Source: Felis catus
Lineage: Eukaryota
Direction of reading: 5' to 3'
Assembly (NCBI RefSeq): GCF_018350175.1
Contig: NC_058368.1
Span: forward strand, 161,698,001 to 161,762,000
Length of the DNA stretch: 64,000 nucleotides
The position numbers were made by a program, and so were the translations under genes. Numbering within the stretch: the first letter of the stretch is position 1; every line of letters begins with the position of its first letter. The notes beneath the pieces were generated by a model that saw only the letters and a list, made by a program, of their open reading frames with translations, did not search any database and was not told the origin of the DNA. Below, piece by piece: positions 52,419 to 62,960 of the stretch.

Positions 52419-53759
52419 TGGAAAAATTAGTAATAAGAAAGAAAATCATGTCTACTAATGTAGGCAAAAACAATTTATCTTTAGTGACTGCTTCACATGT
52501 TAATGCAAATAGATAAATAATTTATAGGGAATGTCACAAGAGCATTATAAATGTAATGAGATTTTTAAAGTTAGAAAGATTTGTAAGCATGGTTTAATCA
52601 TGTAAGATCAAAAATGATTAGTTGTAATATCCTAATCAAAACTTCAAAGTAGAATTTTAAAAACACTTGTAAAATATGTCCATACCCACTCACAGACACC
52701 AAGTAATATGGTTCTTCATAAATGTTATACATGCAGGGAAGAAATAAAGAAATTTAATAATCCAAAATAGTTTATGGTTAGTTTCTTGTACGACTTAAGA
52801 AAAACAAAAACTCAGCTAACAATCAGGCATTTTCATAGTCTGAATTTTTTATTACAGGTGTCAAACTGATTAATACTCACTAGTTACTACTACTATAGGC
52901 AATTATAATTTTTATGAACTGTTTGCATGTTGTACAATAATGGTTTTATAGATTATTTCCTTGTAAGGAAGTGACAACTTTGTATGTATTATTCAATATT
53001 TGCTCAATGTTTTATTGTTTACTTCTTTATCTGTTACGGAGAATCATATGAAAAGAGTACTAACATTTCATACATATTATCATCTGTTATAATTGAAAAC
53101 AGATTAATCACCTTCAAAGATATGAACATAATCTTCATTAAACTGTAAAATTATAATAATGAATTTCTTCACTCAATTTATGGTTAATACCCTTAGTTTG
53201 AATATCTTAAAAATGGCAAAATGTATCTCTGTATCCTCATGGGGATCTATAGTATTCATTTTTGTATAGATACTAGAAAGGCATGGCCATATATATTAAT
53301 TAAACTATTGCTAATTACTTATTGAATTTACTTATTAGACTTTACCTTATCTGATATGTTATTTAGCATACTTAGATACATTAAACTATTAAAATTTCTT
53401 ATTTTACTTTACTTTCTTCCACTACTTTTCTTTACTTGATCTGTATATCCTTACCTAATTGGCCCCCTTCTTGCCCAATCTTTCAGTTTGAGAGTTCTTT
53501 TTGAGACACCTATAGATTAAATATTTCCTTTTTAAATCACCCATATTTCTGTTTTCCCAATCTACTTCCAAGAAGTAGTAATCCTTATTCTGTTCTAAAC
53601 TAAAACACACCTGTATTTATGACCCTATGTAGTCCCATATTCTGTTGCTTTTTCCTCATATAATTATCTCTTTCAGGGTTTTTAATTTAAATGTGTGTAT
53701 AGGGGTGTGAGATAGTGAGGAAGATACTAGATATGTATCAATAAAGAAATGAACCCCAG

Positions 53760-53995
53760 GTGTAAAAATGCTGAACTGCAGAGATCATGGCTACAGTCGG
53801 CCTCAGATAACTAGTTCTCAGGAGGAATACAGGCCCAGAGTCATCCAATTTTTCCTTTTCTCAAGAGTGTACAAAAATCTGTGCTTTTATAAGGAATCTC
53901 CTAATTTTAATATTGGTTTTGAGGGTTTTTATTTATACAGTTGAAATAAATCTTGCTTGCTGACCATATTCTACCCAGAAGACACCAATTTATAA
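53760..53995. mobile_element. Possible MER103-like DNA transposon relic
   Basis: CCCAGAGTCATCCAATTTTTCC...TCAAGAG...AAATCTGTGCTTTTATAAGGAATCTCCTAATTTTAATATTGG resembles a recalled MER103 segment. Confidence 0.4.
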
Positions 53996-55309
53996 ACTGT
54001 CATCAGATTCTACTCATCTCCTCATTCTTATTCTCTGCCCACAAATATACAAAACTTCCCCTAAACTAAAAGCAACCAAGCATACACTATTTGATATTGC
54101 CGTGATTTGATTTCTGTTTCCCTCTCCTTATACTTCCAAAGCTTCAAGCAAAGTAGTCTAATGATCCTACATTTCCCTGGCACCCATCTTTTAAACAAAT
54201 TTCCAGACAATCTTCCAAGTATATTTCAACATGTAGTGTCTTTGCTAGAACTCATTGTAAGAATTGTTATGCATACTCTACAGATGAGTGTAGTAGACTC
54301 TTCCTTCAAGTTGGTCATAATCTATATTATATGTTGGTATGATCCAAGAAGCAAGTAGATAGAAACCCAACAAACAGATCAATGGCTTATCCACTTAACC
54401 ACTAACCTAGTCTTACAAAATCTGTGCAGGAATATCCAATCATTGAATAATCAGCATTTTGCCAATATAAAAATGCAATTATTTTATCATGTAAAGGATA
54501 TTTCTTTGAAACTTTTAAAACAAGTTTGATTTACTGAAATGCTCTGATTTAAACATACCAACCAATATAGCTATGTAGTTGTAAAGAAACATGATCTGCT
54601 TGCTTCCTCCATGCTCAGGAAGGTCTGGCCCTAAACTTCTTATTAGTTATAGGATTATACTAGAAGAAAATAAGATATAATAGATATATGCAGGCACTGA
54701 GATTGATTTCATGAGCTTGTTTCAGGTAAAATGCCAAAATCTTATAAAGAATAAAGAGTAAAGAATAAACCAGTACCCTAGAAAATGTACTTTCTGACTT
54801 TTGCCAGTTTAGGATATAATCATTGAGACTCTTATTACAGGGGCTCACATAGAAATATCTATTCATAGGGTAAAACAAATTTACTTATAATAATTAGCAA
54901 AATAAGAATTGAATAGGCTGTCCTTTCATCCAGTGTGCAAAAACACAAGATAGGGAAAAACTTATAAGGAAGTTAAAGGTAGGTTTCAAAATATATGTCC
55001 ACCCTGACTAATAGAATAAAAAAAAGAAAAGCCTATTAAATATTAGTATTCTGTTGAATATTTTATTCCATTAGAATAGAGACAGTATATTCAAAACTCA
55101 CACATTCATCCTTAAATTTCTGACTGCATAATGATTTCAGTTTTATGGCTTCATATCCTTCATTGATCAACATTAAGTAGAGCTGGTTCACTCTTTTATT
55201 AAAGTATTCACACTTAAACTATAAATCAAGCATTCAATATAAGTTTGCCAAGCCCAATGTATTCAAGAACATGATGTGAAATTTATTATGGCTTATTAAA
55301 GAAACCCAC

Positions 55310-55441
55310 CTTATTTCCAGCACCAAAGAGGAATTGATTTTCCAACCTTCTACAGAGTGCTGGAAGATTGAAGAGCCAGCCTTTCGAATGATTTTATCAG
55401 AACTATTGACAAGTGATCGACTCAAACACAGTTCACCATCT
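55310..55441 (-). CDS. ST8SIA4: ST8SIA4 coding exon 2 (codons 38-82, stem region)
   Basis: Acceptor TTTTGTTTCAG|A, donor AG|GTGGGT; 132 nt; translates [44 protein letters not shown] in frame with exon 1 (GG+A = Gly); N-glycosylation sequons NSS at codons 50 and 74. Confidence 0.96.
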
Positions 55442-56218
55442 CTGAAACAAAACAAAAATGCCAGTTATGTGAAAGTAGGAAACATTTTATCTAAGCAGCA
55501 TAATACATAATTTGACTTAGATTACTGGTAACAAATTGTCGATACAACTTTTTTCTACATGTTAGAAATATGACATTGCTGAATGGTAGGTACTACAAGA
55601 ATTAAGAGAATATGACTTTATCAGGGTAATCATTTACACTTATTCTTTTTGAAATAAAAACAGTTTGCCTATAAAGGCTTTTGTGGTGTTTAAAGAAAAA
55701 AAAATTTGTTTCAAACTCTGTCACCCCTCCCTGTTGTGTTTAGACAATAGAAACAGGAAGTTTGGCCAATTCTCCTGCATCTGTATAATTGTGACTCTCA
55801 AGATTGTAATTTTGTTTCCACAGAAGGCATATAGACACAATGGAAAGAAATTTTTTTTTGGAGTAAGAAGACCTTGGAATACCAGGTGATCTGGACATGT
55901 TGGTGATTCTTTCACTTGCTAGCCTATATGTCCTTGGACAATATTCTCTTTCTAGGCCACAGTGGCCTTGCTTGATCTTGAAAACTGCAATAACATTATC
56001 TAATATGCAATGAATTTGTGACAGTGGGAGTCTGTATGTGAAAGTAATTTATAAAGCATTATTGACGTGCTAATTTCTAAAATTACACTGAGTCTCAAAT
56101 CATCTCAACAATGAGACACTTTCCTGATAGTTGTTGGTGGTAGGGAGACAGGGATTATAATAAGGAGAAAGAAAACTTATTCACTAGCCATTTTTACTGA
56201 TACTTTCTATTACATTAT

Positions 56219-56229
56219 ACACACACATA

Positions 56230-56275
<46 letters not shown>
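56219..56275. repeat. (CA)n microsatellite
   Basis: Seen directly. Confidence 0.95.
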
Positions 56276-56278
<3 letters not shown>

Positions 56279-56913
56279 CAACTGTGCCACCCCTGTCGGT
56301 CAATATTGTCAGGCAAGCACATAATGTGGCACGGTAGGTGCTGGTGGTAGTGCTGATAGTGACAGATACCCGTGATAGTATTTGTGTCATTAGAACAGTT
56401 AAAACAGAACAGTTTATTGTTCAAAGACTATTTTCATGGCACTTTATAGCTAGCTATAAACTGAGACTCAGAGAAACAAAATGCTACCTGTTTATTGTAT
56501 AGCCCTTTCAGTATCTGCATTCATTTCTTTACATGTTACCTTTTACTTTTTTTTAAATCTCAAAAATATAGTTAAAAAGGCGATTATTTGTTCAGTCAAA
56601 AAGTCTAAATCTGTATTTATTAGTAGGCAATCCTCTCCTACTATCAATGGAAACATTGCCTGTGTAACAGCTGTTAGATGAATTCTGTAATTAGAGGCTT
56701 ATAGTTTGGTATTTTGGTTTGCATTCTTTTTTAAACATGTAGTTCCAGTCTGAAGTAACTCAGAGTATCACATGCAACTACTCCCTGTGAAATTTAGAAT
56801 TCTATAAAAATCAATATTTTAAACGATGCTGCTGATGAAAATGATGCACTTGCATGCCTATTCATGGCTAACAATAATCATTTTATAGAGGTCATTTAAG
56901 ATACTAGGAAATA

Positions 56914-57131
56914 GGGGCGCCTGGGTGGTGCAGTCGGTTAAGCGTCCGACTTCAGCCAGGTCACGATCTCTCGGTCCGTCAGTTAGAGCCCCGCCTCAGG
57001 CTCTAGGCTGATGGCTCAGAGCCTGGAGCCTGTTTCGATTCTGTGTCTCCCTCTCTCTCTGTCCCTCCCCCGTTCATGCTCTCTCTCTGTCCCCAAAAAA
57101 ATAAATAAACGTTGAAAAAAATTAAAAAAAA
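56914..57131 (+). mobile_element. Young feline CanSINE (SINEC_Fc type, same subfamily as 2831-3049)
   Basis: GGGGCGCCTGGGTGGTGCAGTCGGTTAAGCGTCCGACTTCAGCCAGGTCACG; perfect TSD AAGATACTAGGAAATA (56898-56913 / 57132-57147). Confidence 0.95.
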
Positions 57132-57147
57132 AAGATACTAGGAAATA

Positions 57148-57348
57148 GGGGTGACTGGGTGGCTTAGCTGGTTAAGCATCTGAGTCTTGGTTTTGGCTCA
57201 GGTCATGATCTCACAGTTGGTGGGATTAAGTCCGCATTGGGCTCTGTGCTGATGGTGTGGAGCTGCTTGGGATTCTCTATCTTTGCCCCTCCCCCTCTTG
57301 CTCTCTGTCTCTCTCAAAATAAATAAATAAACTTTAAAAAAATTTAAA
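57148..57348 (+). mobile_element. Older CanSINE
   Basis: GGGGTGACTGGGTGGCTTAGCTGGTTAAGC head; right TSD AAGATGCTAGGAAACA (57349-57364). Confidence 0.92.
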
Positions 57349-59979
57349 AAGATGCTAGGAAACATGGGGTGAAATTTACTACTCAAAGGCCCAGAAGTCA
57401 ATTTTTATGTTACATGTTTAACGATAATAACTGTATTTGAATGAGAATATGGATATATACAGAAGTTAACCTTCACACTTTAGGAACTATACCTTCAAGA
57501 ATATGGGCACAAACTCTCACCATTTTTAAGGCTAGGGATTTTTTGCCACTCTTCCTCTCATTAACTGGCTTGTTAATATCATCTTTTTCTAACCAGAGAT
57601 TGCTATAATTATAACAATTGTTTTTACCCCCGATAAACCTTCATAGGAGAAGTAAAAATATATAAATGGGTAGGCATTTTTAAATATCTGTGGAAGATTG
57701 TTTCATTGACATGTAGCTAAAGGTACATTTTGCATGGCAAAATAATTGCTGTGATGTACTTAGTTGTATGGAGTCTTTTTCAGAACCTGTAGGATTAAAA
57801 AAAAGTAATTTAAAAGTTTAAATCAGTTTTATACTAATGAAATATAACCACATTGCTCTGCTCTTTGAATAGTTTTCATTGAACTGGTGATAAGCCAAAA
57901 TTCAGCTTTATTCCTGGAAAGAACTTTAAATGAAAATAGCTACAACCAGTCCCACTTCTTCTTGAGGTGGATGGAATTTCTGTGTAAGAAGCCTAGGCTT
58001 AGTGCAATCTGAGGCTCTGGAGCAAATCTCTTTGTACAAAGTTAGATGGGTCCCAAGGGATGTTTCATTTGTGACCTTGGTAGTATTCTGTCTTAAAAAG
58101 GCTTTTCCTTCAATGCAAGGCATGAAGGATGTTGCTACCCTCTACTAGTGTTTCATTCCAGATCAAACATGATTACTAAACAGCACACTGATAATATCTT
58201 TTGCATAGGGCTATGTTCAGGAAGATTCAACATATACCTCTAAAGAGAAAAATCACAAAACACATTAAGGAAATAATGCAGCATAAAGCAACAGATATTA
58301 TAAAGTATCCCTGCTTATATTGAGCTAAGAAAAACCTACTTACAAGATCGTCTATATGAAAGTAGTAACGGAAACTGATCATTAGTTATGTCACCAGTTC
58401 TTACAAATATTTTCCTCTTCAAAATATGAGTTGCCAGGCATCACTACAACTTATTCTATTAACTCTGCAGTATATGACAAATATGATTAATTTTTTTTTG
58501 TTTTTTGAGATTAGGTCCCAAAAGACCTTCATTCAACCCTACTGAAAAGTCCTCATAACTTGGCTTTGGAGTAAATGTGCTCCCCACAGATTAGGTTAAA
58601 TTTCCTCCTTAATACAAAATTATAAAAGTCATTCAAAAGAAGAGAACTTACACAAAAGTAAGCCTGAATAAAAACAGCAGGCAATTTTGTGTTTTCATTC
58701 CCTAAGCATCAAACAACTAAAAATAAAGATGAGATGTACTACCTTACCTACTGCTTAAGGTTTTAGTAGAATTCCAAATAAAACACGTAAAGTGCAGATT
58801 CTGGGTTTCTAGATTTATTAGTGTGTTCTACCCTAGAACTAACTGGAACCAACTTTGCTGACAATGGTAATATTCTATGAATGCTTATTTCCACTGTCAA
58901 TATTATCATGTTTCATTATTAATATGGGTGGGCGATCATTTAGTGAGACAGTCTAACATACATGGGCCAAAAGGAAATCTCTAGATGATAAGAAAATTAA
59001 GTTAGTGTCATTTGCGGTCAACTAGGAACACAGTATGTGGAAATTTTAAGAAGTCACAATCAAAACAAGTATTTGTATGATATTAAAGTGTATACCACTC
59101 TTTCAAATACATTATCTTATTAAATGAGCACACCCACATGTTTTTACCTGTAGGACCCTTAAGTTAACACATTTCCAATTATACCTCCAAATCACAGAAA
59201 GCCAGTGAAATCATGGGCCAATTGTGAAGTAAGTGCCATTTTTCCCATTAAAAAAAAAAAAAATGTCCGTCAAGAATAAACCACTTTATAGTCCCATGCC
59301 TTTTGAGTTAAACTTTACTAACTAGTCTTCATACCAGGCAATTGATATGTTTTGTTTGCATGAAAGGTTAAATTTCCAATAATTACTTGACCTATTCTCA
59401 AAGAATTCCTTATAAAATCCATGCTTCTAGTATTTCTCTGGGGATATGAGAATGTGGATGGTAGGCAGGAAAGTTGTGCTGGTGTTCTCTTTCCTTCTGC
59501 ATGGAATGACCGCTCAATATTGTATGTAAGAACAACGCTGCGCTGACTCCAGATGGGACCTCCAGGTAAGAGAGGGGGGCGTGTAATAAAGAAAAGGTCT
59601 GCCTATTGCAAATGGTAGCAGGGAAGCTAAATACGAGGGTGTTTTCTTGGTGGTGAGGGGTGGTTCCCTAAGGTACAAGGATTACGAAAGGCCCTTAATT
59701 GAATGTACTGCCCACTCTCAAAGTCACGCAGTGCCTCCCAAAAGGCAGACTGCCCGTTAACCTGACTTTGGAATATCAGTCGGGGCTCTAGGCTAAATCT
59801 CCACTCTAGTTCACTCATCTTAAAAATAGACCCTGTAAGTGGCTTAGGTTAGAAATAGAGTCACAGAGATCATTAGATCGTTGGGTGAGTCAACTCCTCC
59901 ACTAGAAGCACTGTTGGGAAGTTAAAACGAAATCATGAACTAGTTATCACAAGCTTTTCCACCGAACGTTTCATCTTGA

Positions 59980-60960
59980 CGGAGAAGGGCAAGAGCGCTC
60001 AGCGGGACTGGCTGTGCCCGCATTCTCCCGGCAGCGCCAACTCTAGGGCGTCAGGGCAGCGGCCGCAGCGGCCGGGGCGCTGCAGGGCACGAGTGCAGGC
60101 GCGGCGCCGGCGCCTGCCTCTCAGCCCTGCCCCCGCACCGCCGTAATTGCGGGTTTTAATTAAGGAGGAGGAGTCCGGTTGCCTGAGCCGTAAAAGTGAT
60201 TCTTTTTTTTTTTTTTTTCCCAAGAGGAGACCGGCTTCCTGCATTAAAGGCTTTCCCCTGCCTCCCCACTCATTCTTGCACCCCCGCTGCCGCTCTCGCG
60301 GAGGAGGGGAGAATACCGGTGCGTACCTCGCTTCCTGTTTAACTCACGCGCTCGCTCACGCTTTCTCGGAGCAGCAGGGGAGCGACCGCAGCTCCGCCCC
60401 AAGAGGGGGCCCGCGAAACCCAGCCCGGCTAGCCCAAGCGCGGCGCCCCTGCCTGCGCCCCCTGCCCCTCGTCGGCGTCCTGTGCGGTGCCCACTGGCCG
60501 GCGGCGCCCAGGAAAGGGCCAAGGAGGAATGCTGCCCGGGAAACGTGGAGTGTCCCAGGTCGGTCATTTCCCTCGGAGGGACTCGGGGTGCGCTCCCCCA
60601 TTCTGGCGGCGGTTTAGGGAGGCCCGGAGAGGGCGCCTGGGCAGCACGGGGCGCCTCTGCTCGCCTCACGCGTCCTCCCCCCTCCTGCTCGTCAGCGAGC
60701 CGAGGGCCTGAACCCTCAGAGTCCTGGCGAGGCTTGGCGGCTTTGTCTGGGCTCACGCGTCTGTTTGGAGCCCACCAGCCCGGAAGGGAACAAAGAGCCT
60801 CGACCCCCCGACGCCCAGCCTCCGCCTCTCCACCTCTCCCCCGCGCGCCGTTTATCACCTTCCCTAAGACCCCTTTGTCTGCCTGGGAAGCACAAGTCTG
60901 CCCGAGATGCCCACGTCCCCGCCCAAAGTCCTGCTTTCCTGACAATTGAGCTAGGCGGCG
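59980..60960. promoter_or_regulatory. Second CpG island within intron 1
   Basis: Very GC/CpG-rich block (e.g. GCGGCCGCAGCGGCCGGGGCGC, GGCGCGGCGCCGGCGCC), separated from the exon-1 island by about 1.3 kb of lower-GC DNA. Confidence 0.8.
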
Positions 60961-61233
60961 TTTTCAACCCACCCACTCCCTATGTAAACGACCTCATATA
61001 GTTCGGCTTTTCTTCTCTTCCCCAGAATAGACCTTTTACAGATTTGTGATGCATAACGACCATCCAGCCCGTCAGCTTTCTCATTCCCTTCCAGTCCCTT
61101 TCGACTGTACTTCTGCTATCTTAGTTTACGATCGAACAGAAGATTCTTTCTGTAAGTATAAGCCTGAATCTTGCTCACTTAAACACTCATTACTTAGGGA
61201 GGAGCAGGAATATTAAATGGAGTGCATGAAGTT

Positions 61234-61282
61234 TGTGTGTGTGTGTGTGTGCGCGCGCGCGTGCGTGCACCTTTTAGCAGTC

Positions 61283-61316
<34 letters not shown>

Positions 61317-61322
61317 CACGCA
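61234..61322. repeat. (TG)n(CG)n tract followed by (CA)n tract
   Basis: TGTGTGTG...GCGCGCGCGCGTGCGTGCAC, short spacer, CACACA...CACGCACACACACGCA. Confidence 0.9.
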
Positions 61323-62227
61323 AAGACTCTGTCTTCGTTTTAATAACTGTCAGGGAACATAAAAATCAGGCTGGCATCTCTGCCAGCGTGGAGTTTCCGA
61401 TAGCGGACGCCTCCGGATAAGGGAGGATTTCCGAAACAGGACTTTGAACAGAGTTGACAACCAGGTTCACATCCTCAGAAAACGCTTCCAAGATATGTAA
61501 GCAACACAAAGTTGCAGCCACCTCCTGGGTAAACTTCAAAGAAACAGAAGCCAGGGGAAGGGAGGAAGGAAGTGTGATATTTAGAGAACTTACTCGGGTG
61601 GGGGAAGCTTCTGAACTCATTTAGACAAACTAAAGAAATAGCAGAAATATAGTCTGTGAGAATCTACAGTACCCAGTTGCTAAAACTGTAACCATGACGC
61701 CCATGCGTTTTGCCACAGAAGAGCAAATAGGGAAGAATTCTTGGTTGTACTGGAGTTTCTAATTCAAACGATACACAGATCTACCCAACGAAAAGAAGAG
61801 TAAAGAATCAGTGGAGACACATCTCCTGCTTTCTGGGCTTTAACTTCAGTCTTTGAGGAAGCCAGGCTGTCTCCAGTATCTCCTTAGAGTGATGGGCAGA
61901 AAAAGAAGGACAGCCACATGGGAAATAAAGCCACCTCTCCTGAGTTCTGCCCAGGGATTAAAAGGACAAAGGCACACGTTCTTTGTTGACACTTCTGCAG
62001 TGACTTCTCCTTGGGCGTGCGAGCCCCCGGCGCGAACACAACTGCCACCATCACCACACAGGGCAAGTTGAACTCCTACTGAGAGCACGCCGGGGAGAAG
62101 CACACACACCTCAACAGCCTTTGTTATTTAATTCATGAGACTAAACGCACAAAAGCTCATTATGAACACACACACTCTCCCAACCCTCACTCTCCCGTCT
62201 ATATTCACATTTCATTTATGGCTTGAC

Positions 62228-62228
<1 letters not shown>

Positions 62229-62269
<41 letters not shown>

Positions 62270-62270
62270 G
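62229..62270. repeat. (TTA)n microsatellite about 30 bp inside intron 1
   Basis: Seen directly. Confidence 0.95.
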
Positions 62271-62300
62271 TTATATCCTGAAATGAAGCTTTGCATTTAC

Positions 62301-62413
62301 CCGATGAGTTGCGTCTCCTGGTGCTCCTCAGTTCTTGCTATTTCTTTTGTCTTATAAAAGATCAGGAGCAGACTTATCGTGCAGATCGTCCACCTCTTCC
62401 TAATGGAGCGCAT
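62301..62413 (-). CDS. ST8SIA4: ST8SIA4 coding exon 1 (codons 1-38: cytoplasmic tail, type II membrane anchor, start of stem)
   Basis: Minus strand reads CCCAAG ATG CGC TCC ATT AGG AAG... = [38 protein letters not shown], the recognisable N-terminus of ST8Sia IV/PST; ends GG|GTAAAT donor; 113 nt; lies in CpG-rich DNA. Too short to appear in the ORF track. Confidence 0.97.
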
Positions 62414-62750
62414 CTTGGGTGCCCGGGAAAGTCCTGGTTGCCCCAGCTCCCTCACCTTCTCTTGGGATAAAGGCTCCGTTTTGGGGAGATACAGTCGCCG
62501 GGGGAAATCTGTAAAATTCGAGGAGAGTGTGGAGCCGGGATCTCAGGAGCGGGTCGCAAGGGTTCTCCGCGACCGAGCTCCCGCTGGTCCTTGAGCGCTG
62601 CCCAGCGCTCTGCCTCCTGGTTCGCGCCAGCCCTGCCCCGGTCGCTCCGCGCCTCCTCCCTGGGGCTCAGGTTTCTTCTCAGATGAGACACCTTGTGCAT
62701 CGGAGGTGGCGGCCGCTTCTGCAGCTGGGTTCGGGGGCGTCACTGGCCCT
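62414..62750 (-). other. ST8SIA4: Probable ST8SIA4 5' UTR (transcription start approximate)
   Basis: GC-rich sequence between the start codon and the CCAAT/GC-box cluster at 62788-62814. The transcription start is inferred from the position of those boxes, not observed. Confidence 0.6.
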
Positions 62751-62784
62751 TCCCTTTTCCTAGCAGGGAAATGATGAGCAAAAC

Positions 62785-62815
62785 CAGCCAATCACCAGAC
62801 TGAGGGGGCGGAGGC
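62785..62815 (-). promoter_or_regulatory. Proximal promoter: NF-Y CCAAT box (62788-62792) next to an Sp1 GC box (62805-62814); no TATA seen
   Basis: Plus strand CAGCCAATCA (strong NF-Y match) and GGGGCGGAGG about 375-400 nt upstream of the ATG; fits my recollection that the rodent PST promoter depends on Sp1 and NF-Y. Confidence 0.7.
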
Positions 62816-62910
62816 TGCGGTTGCCTCGCGTTGCTGTCGGCTGCTTGGAGAGTAACGTCGCCGGCGCTGCCTGCACAGTGCCGGGAGAGGAAGCTCACAA
62901 GCTCACAGCC

Positions 62911-62912
62911 GT

Positions 62913-62958
<46 letters not shown>
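62911..62958. repeat. (CA)n microsatellite in the promoter
   Basis: Seen directly, about 100 bp upstream of the GC box. Confidence 0.95.

Positions 62959-62960
<2 letters not shown>

Noticed and set aside
2815..57364. Short direct repeats separated by spacers, superficially CRISPR-like or integron-like
   Set aside because: Mammalian DNA; the repeats are target-site duplications around retroelements, at most three copies each, with no cas or integrase genes.
59560..59572. Strong plus-strand donor-like CAG|GTAAGA suggesting an antisense exon
   Set aside because: Isolated motif with no supporting promoter, acceptor or ORF; expected by chance in 64 kb.
60244..60945. 233-aa minus-strand ORF and overlapping 155/156-aa plus-strand ORFs
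   Set aside because: They lie in a very GC-rich CpG island where stops are rare; low-complexity Gly/Arg/Pro/Ala composition, overlapping frames on both strands and no recognisable domain.
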